Positions 9,505-19,758 of a stretch of 64,000 nt of DNA are shown piece after piece. A program made the position numbers and the translations under genes. Each line of letters begins with the position of its first letter. Within the stretch, counting starts at the first letter, position 1. The notes under the pieces were generated by a model. The model saw only the letters and a list, made by a program, of their open reading frames with translations. It was not told the DNA's origin and did not search any database. The DNA is taken from the IMG/VR virus record IMGVR_UViG_3300025875_000013, positions 4,583 through 68,582 of that record. One strand, written 5' to 3'. The DNA is from a virus.

Positions 9505-9745
9505 AAGAAAAGCTTTCAATGTGTTCGATAAGTGGAATGATGTATCCGGTTTTGTTGCCCCTGATACCGGTTATTATTACGAAATACAGGCGGTTATAAA
9601 AGATGCGGTTCATATTGGCATTCAAATGGCAATTAACGGCAAAATTGAATATACTAACGAAGGAGAGGTAAAAAAATGGCATTCAATAACGATTTTCAGG
9701 CAGATTTTGAATTTGATAGCGATGCGTTTTCGGACTTTGAAATAG
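9476..9745 (+). CDS. hypothetical protein
   Basis: 89-aa ORF overlapping its neighbours. Confidence 0.2.
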   Translation: MTQGQVETAERKAFNVFDKWNDVSGFVAPDTGYYYEIQAVIKDAVHIGIQMAINGKIEYTNEGEVKKWHSITIFRQILNLIAMRFRTLK

Positions 9746-10386
9746 ATTTTGAAACGGAAAACGACTTCGAAACCCGGTACATCAAACCGCCGCGCACCAA
9801 AGAAATACCGGAAAAAAGATTAAAGTATCAGAACGCCGAAAAGTTAGCTAAGGAAATTAAGCTAACAGAAGGTTCCCGTTATTTCGCCATAGTAGAAGGT
9901 AGTTTCATATTTGGTGACTTCATAGAAGCCTTTATAGTGCTGAATAACGCCCACGTAAAGGAAATGACTATATCTACCTTGTCTATGAGTCAGAACAACG
10001 TAGACAGCCTGGCAGGGTTATTAAATGGCGGTTATATTGAAAGGCTTAACTTGATAATATCGGATTATTTCTTTTCGCATGAAAGATTCGGATTAATTAA
10101 GTATATTTATGATAAGCTGGATGTAGATAATAAGTTTCAGCTGGCGGTTGCTTCTACACATTGCAAGACCTGTATATTTGAAACCGAAGGAGGCAAGAAA
10201 GTAGTTATACATGGTTCGGCTAACCTTAGAAGCAGCAGTAATATTGAGCAGATTGTAATAGAAGAAAGTAAGGACTTATACGATTTTAACCACGGGTACC
10301 AAAGCAAGATTATCGACGTATATAAGACTATAAATAAGTCGATCCGACGTAAGAAACTTTGGAACGCTGTAATAGGAAAGGAATAA
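9676..10386 (+). CDS. PLD-family (single HKD motif) nuclease-like protein with acidic DFE-repeat N-terminus
   Basis: 'THCKTCIFETEGGKKVVIHGSANL' fits the HxK(x)4[DE](x)6GSxN HKD motif of Nuc/BfiI-type phospholipase-D nucleases. The N-terminus 'DFQADFEFDSDAFSDFEIDFETENDFE' is acidic/aromatic and repetitive. Confidence 0.5.
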   Translation: MAFNNDFQADFEFDSDAFSDFEIDFETENDFETRYIKPPRTKEIPEKRLKYQNAEKLAKEIKLTEGSRYFAIVEGSFIFGDFIEAFIVLNNAHVKEMTISTLSMSQNNVDSLAGLLNGGYIERLNLIISDYFFSHERFGLIKYIYDKLDVDNKFQLAVASTHCKTCIFETEGGKKVVIHGSANLRSSSNIEQIVIEESKDLYDFNHGYQSKIIDVYKTINKSIRRKKLWNAVIGKE

Positions 10387-10539
10387 CAATATGGCATCAG
10401 GAAGCAAGATAACGAATATCAGAAAGTATTATTCCGGCGATACAGCCGCATCAACCAGGGCAAGCTTAAGGACTAAATATTCGGCTGCTGCAAGTGCAGG
10501 TGATCCGTTTTAAAATGAAAAATTGAGAAAGGGTTAAGA

Positions 10540-10896
10540 GTGTACGAATTTACAGATGAGCAAATGGAGAGTGCAATTGTCGGCAGTGCTGGCATTGTGT
10601 CTACTATTGCCAAAAGGTTAGCAAAATTCGCCAATGTTAAGCGTATTAGTTGGTCAACTGCGGAAAAGTACGCTAATTCAAAACCTGAATATATCCAGCT
10701 TTTAAAAGATGAAACTGAAACAGTTCTGGATATGGCCGATGGTAAGCTATATGAACAAATAAAAAATGGTGAAGCCTGGGCAATTAAATGGCTACAAGCT
10801 ACAAAAGGGAAAAAACGCGGGTATGTAGAAAGAACCGAATCAGCCGTAACGCATAAATTCGGAATAGATGCCGATGATGAAGAATATGTTGATTGA
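10540..10896 (+). CDS. terminase small subunit (putative)
   Basis: 118-aa ORF immediately upstream of and overlapping the large-terminase gene, with an HTH-like N-terminal half. Assignment is by position and size. Confidence 0.4.
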   Translation: MYEFTDEQMESAIVGSAGIVSTIAKRLAKFANVKRISWSTAEKYANSKPEYIQLLKDETETVLDMADGKLYEQIKNGEAWAIKWLQATKGKKRGYVERTESAVTHKFGIDADDEEYVD

Positions 10897-12346
10897 TGAA
10901 CCTGTACAAGCCCCGCGTTTACAGCTAAAAAAAAAGTGGTTCAATCCGCTTTACTTTATCCTGAATGAGATAATTAAAGATGATACAATCCGGAATGTGT
11001 TGATATATGGCAGCAAGTCCGCCGCTAAAACAATTACCGTATCTCAAATCCTGGCAAAAGAAGCGTTTGTTAAGAAATCCAACACAATAGCTTTTCGGAA
11101 AGAATCTACGCTGATTCAGACTACGCTAAAAAAGTCTTTTAACCTTGCCATTGAAACGTTACGGCTTAAAAACGGGTTTGATAGGTTTTTATTCCAATAC
11201 CGGTGCATCAATGGCAGCGAAATAGTGTTAAAAGGTCTGGATGATCCGGAAAAGGCCAAAGGTATTGAATCTTTTAAGTACGTGTACCTGGATGAGTTAA
11301 ATCACTTTGAACAGGAAGAGTACGAACAGTTTAATTTATCGCTCAGGGGTATACCGGGGCAAAAGATATTCGGTTCCTGGAACCCGGTAAGTGAAACGTC
11401 CTGGATTAAAACAGAATTACTAGATAACTATACCTTTACCGCTACTGATCGGTTCGGGAAATTAGTAGACCCTAATTCATTCGTTAAAATATCAGAGGAT
11501 GGTAAAATAATTCTGATTAAAACAACTTACAAAGATAATTTCTGGATAACCGGTAGTCCGGACGGTAATTACGGTTATAGAGATGAAAATTTAATCCAGG
11601 CTTACGAAACACTTAAAGACCGCAACCCGAACTCTTACCGGGTAAACGTATTGGGAGAATGGGGTAAGGCACTAACCGGAGGCGAATACGCGCATAAGTT
11701 CGATAAGCTTACTCACGTAAAGAAAGTACCCTTCCTGGAAGATGCAAGGTTACCTATTCATTTAAGCCTGGACTTTAATGTCAACCCGTACATGACGGGT
11801 CTGTGCGCCCAGTTGATACTAAACGCACCGGATGGACGGCAAAAGCTACGCATATTCAAAGAATACTGTCTACCCTCACCGCGTAACACCACGGCTGATA
11901 TTTGTTCGGCATTGGTTACGGATTACGGGCATAAGATGAGGGGGTTATTCTACTACGGAGACCCGAACGGACGCACCCGCCAAACCGTTACCAAAGAGTA
12001 CGCAAATAACTTTGACGCGCTGGCAAAGCACCTTAGAAAATACCTGAACACTAATTCTGATCGGGTTATTACCCGTTACCCTGATTTATTGAACAGCCGG
12101 GACTTCCTAAATAATATTCTTTCCGGTTACTATGGCATCGACCTGGAAATAGATGAAAATTGCGTTAATTTAATAGCGGATTTAGAGTTCGGTAAAGAAG
12201 GCCCGAACGGGGGTATGTTAAAAGAGAAGGCAGTTAATAAGACAACAGGTATCAGTTACGAAAAGTACGGGCATACTACCGACGCTCTTAGATATATGAT
12301 TGTTGCTATATTTGAAAAGCTATACGATAGTATTAACAAGATTTAA
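10868..12346 (+). CDS. terL: terminase large subunit (ATPase + nuclease)
   Basis: 492-aa ORF. P-loop 'LIYGSKSAAKT', Walker B 'YVYLDELNHF', and a C-terminal acidic-residue-rich nuclease half ('HLSLDFNVNPY...'). Positioned before the portal gene. Confidence 0.75.
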   Translation: MPMMKNMLIDEPVQAPRLQLKKKWFNPLYFILNEIIKDDTIRNVLIYGSKSAAKTITVSQILAKEAFVKKSNTIAFRKESTLIQTTLKKSFNLAIETLRLKNGFDRFLFQYRCINGSEIVLKGLDDPEKAKGIESFKYVYLDELNHFEQEEYEQFNLSLRGIPGQKIFGSWNPVSETSWIKTELLDNYTFTATDRFGKLVDPNSFVKISEDGKIILIKTTYKDNFWITGSPDGNYGYRDENLIQAYETLKDRNPNSYRVNVLGEWGKALTGGEYAHKFDKLTHVKKVPFLEDARLPIHLSLDFNVNPYMTGLCAQLILNAPDGRQKLRIFKEYCLPSPRNTTADICSALVTDYGHKMRGLFYYGDPNGRTRQTVTKEYANNFDALAKHLRKYLNTNSDRVITRYPDLLNSRDFLNNILSGYYGIDLEIDENCVNLIADLEFGKEGPNGGMLKEKAVNKTTGISYEKYGHTTDALRYMIVAIFEKLYDSINKI

Positions 12347-12397
12347 TTAATTCGCAAAAAGTTGTAATTTAAAAGAAAAACAACTACATGATAACCA

Positions 12398-12484
12398 TAG
12401 ATCAGGCGCTAATCATACTGCAAAAGACAATTAAGGAGGGCATACGTCACGCCGAAATCATATATCAATTATAAGTCTACTACC
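12398..12484 (+). pseudogene. remnant N-terminal fragment of the portal-like gene (duplicate of the start of the 14342 ORF)
   Basis: Encodes 'MITIDQALIILQKTIKEGIRHAEI...'. The ORF at 14342 starts 'MITVDEALPILQKTIKENIRHVDY'. The fragment lies directly after terL and before the HTH/HNH cassette. Confidence 0.45.
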
Positions 12485-12661
12485 TAATGCTTCTGAAATT
12501 TTGGTGAGGGTTTTAACACACACATTCTGCTTACCAGATTCTATCCTAAAGACACCTTCTTTTTTGGTGCCTATTTTTTGGCCTAACTCTTCCATAGTAA
12601 GGCCCTTTTCTAACCTAGCTGCTTTTATCTTATTTCCGAGTTCTTTTAAGTCCATATACAA
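12458..12661 (-). CDS. XRE-family helix-turn-helix transcriptional regulator (Cro/CI-like)
   Basis: 'LKELGNKIKAARLEKGLTMEELGQKIGTKKEGVFRIESGKQNVCVKTLTKISEALG' is a canonical HTH_3 fold. It is divergent from the HNH gene. Confidence 0.7.
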   Translation of the reverse strand: MYMDLKELGNKIKAARLEKGLTMEELGQKIGTKKEGVFRIESGKQNVCVKTLTKISEALGSRLIIDI

Positions 12662-12716
12662 ACATACTAAAAAGTTAACATATAGGTGAATATATTTCTT
12701 ATTAAGCTTTGATATA

Positions 12717-13457
12717 ATGAACGTATATGTTAACTTTAAAGTAAGAATAAAGCATGTTACTTATATGGAAACTATAAAAGAAGAGTTTAACGGAGTTGTT
12801 TACACCCGTTGTGTGAATGCCAAAGATGTAACTCACCGCCGCTATTATTATGGGAAGAGACCTAATTCAAAGAGAAGAACTTTATTACACCGGGATAAAT
12901 GGGAGTTCTACAACGGCAAAATTCCGGAAGGTTATCATATTCATCACAAAGATGAAAACCCTTTAAACAATGATTTATCTAATTTGGAATGTTTAAGCAA
13001 GGTTGACCATCATAAACGGCATGCAGGTAAGGCTTGGCATGCTATGAGTGATGAACAAAGAAAAGAACAATTAGCTAAAATGCATGAAGCTGGCAAAAAT
13101 TGGCATTATACGCCGGAAGGAATAAAGCATCATAAAGAATTAGCCGCAGCAAACTTAGCTAACAGGGTGTTAATCGAAAAGACTTGCACCTATTGTGGAA
13201 AGAAGTATGAAGTTTATAATGCTCTTTCTGGTAGACCTAAGTTTTGCTCTCCAAAATGCAGGGGTAAAGTAGAAAGACAAAAAAAATATAACTACGAGAA
13301 AAGAATATGTATTGTCTGCAATGGTGAATTTGATATTAGTAAGTATTCAGGTCAAATAGCTTGCAGCAGGGCTTGCGGCTATAAATACCGGACAATAAAC
13401 TCCCCTCATATTGCTAATAATGGATTTAAAGTAAGAAACCCACAATCAACAGTTTAA
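12717..13457 (+). CDS. HNH endonuclease with C-terminal Cys-rich repeats
   Basis: 'YHIHHKDENPLNNDLSNLECLSKVDHHKRH' is a HNH motif. The C-terminal half carries CxxC...C(x)2C repeats ('CTYCGKKY...CSPKCRG', 'CIVCNGEF...CSRACGYKY'). Free-standing in the terminase/portal junction, a classical homing-endonuclease position. Confidence 0.75.
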   Translation: MNVYVNFKVRIKHVTYMETIKEEFNGVVYTRCVNAKDVTHRRYYYGKRPNSKRRTLLHRDKWEFYNGKIPEGYHIHHKDENPLNNDLSNLECLSKVDHHKRHAGKAWHAMSDEQRKEQLAKMHEAGKNWHYTPEGIKHHKELAAANLANRVLIEKTCTYCGKKYEVYNALSGRPKFCSPKCRGKVERQKKYNYEKRICIVCNGEFDISKYSGQIACSRACGYKYRTINSPHIANNGFKVRNPQSTV

Positions 13458-13459
13458 TT

Positions 13460-13654
13460 ATGGATAAACAACAAAAGATACAAAGAGAATTAATTGAAAA
13501 ACATATTGGAGGTTGGCACTTAGACGTTATGCGTAATGCTTCTATAGAACACTTTTATAAAACTGGAAAGGCTTCTGGTAGTTTCCTTCTTGCTTTACAG
13601 AATATGATGAATGAGTATAAAGATCTATTAATTCATAATAAAACAGATGATTAA
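13460..13654 (+). CDS. hypothetical protein
   Basis: 64-aa ORF. Confidence 0.2.
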   Translation: MDKQQKIQRELIEKHIGGWHLDVMRNASIEHFYKTGKASGSFLLALQNMMNEYKDLLIHNKTDD

Positions 13655-13849
13655 AGTTAAAAAAGAATACAAAAATAGAACTTGGCTAAGTGAGGAAATA
13701 AACCAAGAAAACCCTTTGATAAATTTTGAAAAAGATATTACTGCTTTAATTAAAAGTAAGTCTATTCTAAAACTTCCGGTTGATGGTAGGCGTGTGCTTT
13801 TTACTCCTAAAATTTTAAGTAAGTCTATAATTACTTTGATAATAAACCC

Positions 13850-14062
13850 ATGAAAGATGCGTTCCATGTAAATCCTATAAATGATTTAAAAGAACATGAT
13901 TTATCAATTCCAAATATAATCCCTGATAAAGAAACGGGTAAATATTGTCAATGCAAGTGTTTGCCACGCGAAGAATGGGAGAACGACTGTTTAATTATAA
14001 TTCATAACGCTTATGATGGTAGGCAACAATTAGAACAAGCGAATGATATTTTAAACCCATGA
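13850..14062 (+). CDS. hypothetical Cys-containing protein
   Basis: 70-aa ORF with 'CQCKC...C'. Confidence 0.2.
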   Translation: MKDAFHVNPINDLKEHDLSIPNIIPDKETGKYCQCKCLPREEWENDCLIIIHNAYDGRQQLEQANDILNP

Positions 14063-14253
14063 TTTTGAATTATATAAAATTAATAAACGCATGGGTTAGG
14101 TGTAAAATATGGGGGTTTTGCCCCAAATGCAATAGTAGTGCGCCGAATTTATATGATTGTAATATTTGTGACTGGTATACAAATACACCGGCTAAGATGT
14201 GGCGCAAAAAATATTGGTGGCGTTTGTACAAACAGGAATTAAAAATAAAGTAG
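14059..14253 (+). CDS. hypothetical zinc-ribbon-like protein
   Basis: 64-aa ORF with 'CKIWGFCPKC...CNICDW'. Confidence 0.2.
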   Translation: MILNYIKLINAWVRCKIWGFCPKCNSSAPNLYDCNICDWYTNTPAKMWRKKYWWRLYKQELKIK

Positions 14254-14341
14254 AATCTAGGATAGATGCAGAGTAGGTGCTTTGGTTTTTATTATCAATG
14301 AAATTGTGTAAATTAAAACTGCGCAATATATCTGATAGAAA

Positions 14342-16165
14342 ATGATTACAGTAGACGAAGCTTTACCTATTCTACAAAAAACTATTAAGGAAAATATCCG
14401 GCATGTCGACTACGACCGCGTTGTAGACTTAGCCGCATGGTATCATAAGGTTATTACCGGTAAGGACATAGATGCCCTCTTACGCCGCTTTGTACGCCGA
14501 GAGGATGATGTGATGTTCGAACAGCGCAAAGCCCTGACCGTCGCCATTACCCCCGCCGTGGCAGAGACCTTAATCAACCCGTTTTACCGTATAGGGAGGC
14601 TGGATAACGTACGCAAACAGATCGCCTACGCTGATGGTCAGGCCGGGGCCGATAAGAAGGTAGAGGAGCTTAACGATCGCATTAATAAATTTTGGGGTAG
14701 CGAAAGCCTGGACAAATACCTGGCGACCCGCTTTATACAGTTAGGGGCAACCGATCCTAACGCCTGGATTGCCGTAGAGTTCGGAAGCTTCGATGCCAGG
14801 TACGAAAAGGCTAGACCTTTCCCGGTGGAGTTCAGCGCCGAACAGGCTATCAATTTTCAGATAACCAATAACGAAACGGACTGGTTAATTGTACGACAGG
14901 AATACAAGATAGAGGTAAATAAGATACCTAAGAAGGGTTACCGGTACTTCATGTACCTGCCAAATGATATACTGGTTTATACCCCGGAATTCGGTACTAC
15001 TAACTTCTTAGAGACCGGTACGGAGTTTTGGCGGTCGGAGGCCCAGAACTATATCCTTACCCAATACACGCCCAAGGGTGGTAGCGTTCAGGCTATGCGG
15101 GTGGGATATAAGCTGGATATGGAAACCGACGGACGTACGTATGTTAATCCTTTCCACGCGGCAAAGCCTTACTTTGAAAAGTCGATTAAGGCAGTATCGG
15201 AATTAGACATAGCTGTAGCCCTGCATGTGCATCCGCAAAAATTGCAACGGGTTCAACCATGTACGGGAACAGAAGAATCATTATGCGATCATGGCAGAGA
15301 CGTAAACGGCAACCTTTGCGGAGCTTGTAAAGGAACCGGCGAAAGGTTAGATGTTAGCACGTCGGGACAAGATATAATTAAGGTCGATTACCCGGATAAA
15401 AATACTACGCCGGAACAAAAGGTTGCTTTAACAGATATTGTTGTATATGTACAAGGCGTACCCATTGATGGCATAAAATGGTTAGATGAATACATTGATA
15501 AACTGGAAACTAAAAGTTACCGGACGGTATACGCTCCAGATGCTTTAATTCAAGCCTCTATCCATAAGACAGCAACCGAAATTGCCTATAGTCAAGATGA
15601 AAAATATAATACCCTACAGCCCTTTGCAGAGCATTTCAGTCGTGTTTGGCGTAAGGTTGTTAGCCTGATTGCGGCTTTTACTGATAACGGGCAAGGCTTA
15701 GAGCTCATACATGAGTTCCCATCTGATTTTAAGCTCAAGACCGTAGCCGAATTATATCAGGACTTGAAACTGGCTAAAGATTCCGGGGCCAGCGCCTTTG
15801 TTATTCAACAGATTGAAGATGATATAGCATCTAAGATATATATAGATGATAAGAACGCGTATTTAAAGTTCCGGGTAAAAGATAGGTTTACCCCTTTCCG
15901 GGGCAAAAACGAAGAGTGGGTAAAATATATGATGGAAACGCAGCAAATCCGACAGGAAGATGCTATCTTGTACAACTATTCGGATTCTATCTTTGATGAG
16001 CTGGAAAATGAAGTACCGGGCTTCTTTTTATTCGCTTATAATAAGCAATGGGTGGAAATTAAGCGTAAGATAGAAGATATTAAGGCCCAATTACCTAAAC
16101 AAACGTTAGCTGTAAGTTTTAGGGATGCGCAAACTGTAGACACGGATCAAACAGTAGAGGTATAA
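14342..16165 (+). CDS. portal protein (putative, by position) with internal Cys4 cluster
   Basis: 607-aa ORF, the first large gene after terL and the inserted HNH cassette. Its N-terminus is duplicated as a remnant next to terL. Contains 'CTGTEESLCDH...CGACKGTGE'. Confidence 0.35.
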   Translation: MITVDEALPILQKTIKENIRHVDYDRVVDLAAWYHKVITGKDIDALLRRFVRREDDVMFEQRKALTVAITPAVAETLINPFYRIGRLDNVRKQIAYADGQAGADKKVEELNDRINKFWGSESLDKYLATRFIQLGATDPNAWIAVEFGSFDARYEKARPFPVEFSAEQAINFQITNNETDWLIVRQEYKIEVNKIPKKGYRYFMYLPNDILVYTPEFGTTNFLETGTEFWRSEAQNYILTQYTPKGGSVQAMRVGYKLDMETDGRTYVNPFHAAKPYFEKSIKAVSELDIAVALHVHPQKLQRVQPCTGTEESLCDHGRDVNGNLCGACKGTGERLDVSTSGQDIIKVDYPDKNTTPEQKVALTDIVVYVQGVPIDGIKWLDEYIDKLETKSYRTVYAPDALIQASIHKTATEIAYSQDEKYNTLQPFAEHFSRVWRKVVSLIAAFTDNGQGLELIHEFPSDFKLKTVAELYQDLKLAKDSGASAFVIQQIEDDIASKIYIDDKNAYLKFRVKDRFTPFRGKNEEWVKYMMETQQIRQEDAILYNYSDSIFDELENEVPGFFLFAYNKQWVEIKRKIEDIKAQLPKQTLAVSFRDAQTVDTDQTVEV

Positions 16166-16170
16166 TAGCT

Positions 16171-16491
16171 ATGAAAGAATATATATTATGTGCTGCTATT
16201 TGGTATAAAGAATTGCCAACTCAGCATTTCTTACCTAGTAATTTAGACGCTGGTGTAGTAGTTTGCGGTTTAAGGCATGGGCATTGCATCGATATTGTCA
16301 AACAGCTGTCCGGTCTTAGGTCTGTTAAAATTTCACCGGACGGGGTTGGAGAAACAGTTCAAGGGTTTTTGACTAATACTAATAGATTTGCAGATAGAAA
16401 AGAAGCGTTAGAAATAGCATTAAAAGCAAATCAGGTATTAAATCCTAACGCAATCAGAGGCAATGATCTATACAGTGAAGATTTATATTAA
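16171..16491 (+). CDS. hypothetical protein
   Basis: 106-aa ORF. Confidence 0.25.
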   Translation: MKEYILCAAIWYKELPTQHFLPSNLDAGVVVCGLRHGHCIDIVKQLSGLRSVKISPDGVGETVQGFLTNTNRFADRKEALEIALKANQVLNPNAIRGNDLYSEDLY

Positions 16492-16502
16492 CCTGAATAG
16501 GT

Positions 16503-16925
16503 ATGATTCACGAATTCCAGTACTTCACGCTTGAATACAACCCCGAAACCGGGGCGGTAACTACTACCTATCCCGATGGTACGCACTGCCCGGTGCAGGT
16601 GAATCAGGATCATGCTTATCACGCTAATCTGACGGGCATAAGTCCGGCTAACTATAATCTTTTACATGAGTTGTGTCATCACATAATAGCTTTTACACAT
16701 GGCCATAAGACGTGTCCTATCGTTTGGGCCTCAGCACATGGTTTACCTATGCCGGATAATGCACAGTTGTTAGAATGGCAGATAACAGCGTTCAGTTACT
16801 TTGCGTTAGAAGCAGAGATGCGGGATAGTAGTGAATGGGGTGCTATTATGGATATTGCAAAGCTTGCTAACGTGTATGCTTTGAAAGAAACGTTGCTAAG
16901 CTTGTTTAATAAGTTGAAGGATTGA
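16503..16925 (+). CDS. hypothetical protein with HExxH-like motif
   Basis: 'LLHELCHHIIAFTHGH' is a possible metal-binding or metallopeptidase-like motif. Confidence 0.25.
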   Translation: MIHEFQYFTLEYNPETGAVTTTYPDGTHCPVQVNQDHAYHANLTGISPANYNLLHELCHHIIAFTHGHKTCPIVWASAHGLPMPDNAQLLEWQITAFSYFALEAEMRDSSEWGAIMDIAKLANVYALKETLLSLFNKLKD

Positions 16926-16934
16926 ATATAAGTT

Positions 16935-17144
16935 ATGAATTGGATAAAAGTTAAAGATGAATTACCCATACCTTTTGTTGATTTGATATTATGGGATGGC
17001 AATACAAGACACAGAGGCTTTTATATCAATGCCAGCCACAATAATCCAGGTCTTAATTTTGAAATTCGGGATGGTTATGATAAACCCACATCAAAGCCAA
17101 TAACGCATTGGATGTTATGGCCTGATCCACCTAAAGTACAATAA
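16935..17144 (+). CDS. hypothetical protein
   Basis: 69-aa ORF. Confidence 0.2.
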   Translation: MNWIKVKDELPIPFVDLILWDGNTRHRGFYINASHNNPGLNFEIRDGYDKPTSKPITHWMLWPDPPKVQ

Positions 17145-17427
17145 ATTTAAGACAAATCGCGGTAATATGGATAAAAATATTTAAAAAGTGCAAATAAAGG
17201 GCAAACTTTCAATCAAAACACGGATTAGGTGAAATAGTATATCTTATAACCGATCCTATGCAGGAACCACGTATGGTATCAGATATTACTTTCTATCCTA
17301 ATGGTGTGCTTTACAAGTTGGCAGGTGGAACAATGACCACCAGTCATTATGAAATGGAGATAAGCGATTTTGTAAATGAAAGCTTACGTATGGGTATTGA
17401 TTCAGGAACACCAAATGTAAATTAATT

Positions 17428-17685
17428 ATGACAGCAAATGAAGCCAGGGCCAGACAGGTAGAAATACTTAAACGCGAAGTAGATAAAATCTATCAGGTTA
17501 TTGAGGATCATATAAATTCTAAAAATCAGGAACAATACATCTATTGGCATGAAGACTTATCTCTTAAAGATAAGGCAACATTAGAAGATGAGGGATATGA
17601 AATAAAGAGTATTGTTAACCCATCAAACTTTCTAAATGCAGGCGTTTCTTACCAGATTAGTTGGAAAGAACAATTAACATGCTGA
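17428..17685 (+). CDS. hypothetical protein
   Basis: 85-aa ORF. Confidence 0.2.
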   Translation: MTANEARARQVEILKREVDKIYQVIEDHINSKNQEQYIYWHEDLSLKDKATLEDEGYEIKSIVNPSNFLNAGVSYQISWKEQLTC

Positions 17686-17812
17686 TATTCATCATAATTA
17701 TAACCATCCTGATACTTGTCATACCCGCGCTTGTATTTATAGCAGCTCCGAAAGATGCGCTGAAAGAGGAGGAGAATGCGGTAAATGTTGACGACGATTA
17801 TATACAGGATTA

Positions 17813-18109
17813 ATGGCTAAGAAACTTAACTTCATTATTCCGCTTGTGATTTATCCTTTTGATGTTATGGTTAGTATAGGACAAACTAATTATGAAATAC
17901 GCAAAGAATTAGAGTTGCTAGATTTACCAGAAGATGATATTCAACTTGCCCTATTTGAAAATGAATATGTACAAGGCCGGGCAGTTATGTTTTCTAGTAA
18001 CCAAACGTTAATCCGGATCAGGCATTACCCAAAAACACCTGAACAATTTGGAGCCTTAGCCCACGAAATATTTCACGCCGTTACTTTATTATGTGGAAGA
18101 GAGGTATGA
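17813..18109 (+). CDS. hypothetical small HExxH protein (possible metallopeptidase-like)
   Basis: 'ALAHEIFHAV' is a HExxH motif. Confidence 0.25.
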   Translation: MAKKLNFIIPLVIYPFDVMVSIGQTNYEIRKELELLDLPEDDIQLALFENEYVQGRAVMFSSNQTLIRIRHYPKTPEQFGALAHEIFHAVTLLCGREV

Positions 18110-18198
18110 AATTAGTCGTAACGAAAAGCGATGAAGACTACGCATACCTGATTTCTTGTTTAACTGAGGAAGTATTTAAGGAGCTTAAACGCAAATAA

Positions 18199-19116
18199 AT
18201 GGCTTTAGAAGACACTCTTGCAAAGGAACGTATCGAATACATAGCCAAGCAGCAAGCCTTGCTAGAAACGGCTGTATCTGATTTGCAACGTACGCTATTT
18301 GAAGCTATCCTGATTAAGCTGGAAGCCATTACCAAAGATCCAACCGTATTAGACGCATTGTTCCGTACTTTCACAAAAGACCACCACCTGAAAGTTATTA
18401 ACCAGTTCGCTAACGATATTGTGAATGTGGGTAAGCGCAATGATGCGTACTTTAAATCACTACTAGAGTCGGATATTCCCAAAAACTACACAGCCATAAA
18501 AAAACAAGCGGACGCTTATCTGTTAAAACGTTTCGGACTAACAGAAAAAGGCGCTATAGTTGAAGAGGGGTTTTTAGACAGCTTTGTGAAAGACCCGACT
18601 ATTAAAAGAGAGCTAAAAGCCTACGCGTATAAAGCGACGCAAAGCAGCGGGGTGGGGTTGGATGCTTTCAAGAAAGGGTTTAAGGATATAATTATTGGCA
18701 GTCCTGAGGCAAATAACGGTTCACTACAGCTATATTATAAACAATGGGGTTATGATACCTACCAACAAGTAGACGCGACGATACAGAAGTTCTACGCCGA
18801 TAAATTAGCACTGCCAGCCGCTTTATACTTAGGTACAAAAAGAGATGGTTCCCGCGAATTCTGTTTAGCAAGGAAAGGTAAATGTTTCACCATTGAAGAA
18901 ATAAAGCTATTTGGGACATCGAAAGATAAATACGGAGGGTACACTAATAAATCAGAAGGTAAATTCAAGGGTAAGCCTAAAACTTACAACCCTTTCATAG
19001 ATAGAGGTGGGCCGGGATGTGTTGACGCACTAAATTTCGTTACTGCAAAAATGGCCCTACGCCGCCGTGATGACTTAGAGTTAGTAGATGGCAAATTACA
19101 AATTAAAGCCACTTAG
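18199..19116 (+). CDS. head-morphogenesis-like protein (speculative)
   Basis: 305-aa ORF downstream of the putative portal. Size and position fit Mu-F/SPP1-gp7-like minor head proteins. No motif-level proof. Confidence 0.25.
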   Translation: MALEDTLAKERIEYIAKQQALLETAVSDLQRTLFEAILIKLEAITKDPTVLDALFRTFTKDHHLKVINQFANDIVNVGKRNDAYFKSLLESDIPKNYTAIKKQADAYLLKRFGLTEKGAIVEEGFLDSFVKDPTIKRELKAYAYKATQSSGVGLDAFKKGFKDIIIGSPEANNGSLQLYYKQWGYDTYQQVDATIQKFYADKLALPAALYLGTKRDGSREFCLARKGKCFTIEEIKLFGTSKDKYGGYTNKSEGKFKGKPKTYNPFIDRGGPGCVDALNFVTAKMALRRRDDLELVDGKLQIKAT

Positions 19117-19354
19117 GAGGAGGTGACTTATCTTTCTTGTCCATAACCCATATTTCATCTATAAATATTATATTCCATATAAAAAGTACGGGTATAAGCC
19201 ACCAACTACCAATTATTCCTAATATCACGCAGCCACGAACATCTTTCCAGGTCCAGGGCAGGTTACGACCAAGTCTTTTTAATATAAATCGCGAATAATA
19301 ATAAACGACTATAAACCCGGAAAGATAAATAAGCACATTAGTTAATATTATCAT
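19103..19354 (-). CDS. small membrane protein
   Basis: 83-aa ORF with two hydrophobic helices ('IYLSGFIVVYYY', 'VILGIIGSWWLIPVLFIWNIIF'). Confidence 0.3.
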   Translation of the reverse strand: MIILTNVLIYLSGFIVVYYYSRFILKRLGRNLPWTWKDVRGCVILGIIGSWWLIPVLFIWNIIFIDEIWVMDKKDKSPPPKWL

Positions 19355-19758
19355 TTTAGTACAAATTAAGGATTAGAATTGTTTTCAGAATTAGCTGATA
19401 ATGTATAAGATTCAATAATGTTTTCTTTTAATAATTTCGCCTTTGCTTTCCGTTCCTCATTCCGCGCTTTCCATGCCCGTATCGCCTCTGCATCTTGCTT
19501 AGATAGCAGAGCTTTAAATTGCTGCTTTGCTTTGTTGAGATTTAACATGGTTACTGTTAATCAACCCTATAACAAGTATCGTCCGTAAGCTCTACATACC
19601 CCCTGGATTTAAGCCTCCTGATTCTTAGAAACGCGTAGATATTAATCAATAAGCTGGTTATAAGTGCAATTGTTATCATGTTGTTATTGGTTAAATATAT
19701 TTATCAAATATAATCTACAAAATAGCAGGGCCAGGACATACCCAACCCTGCCACTACC

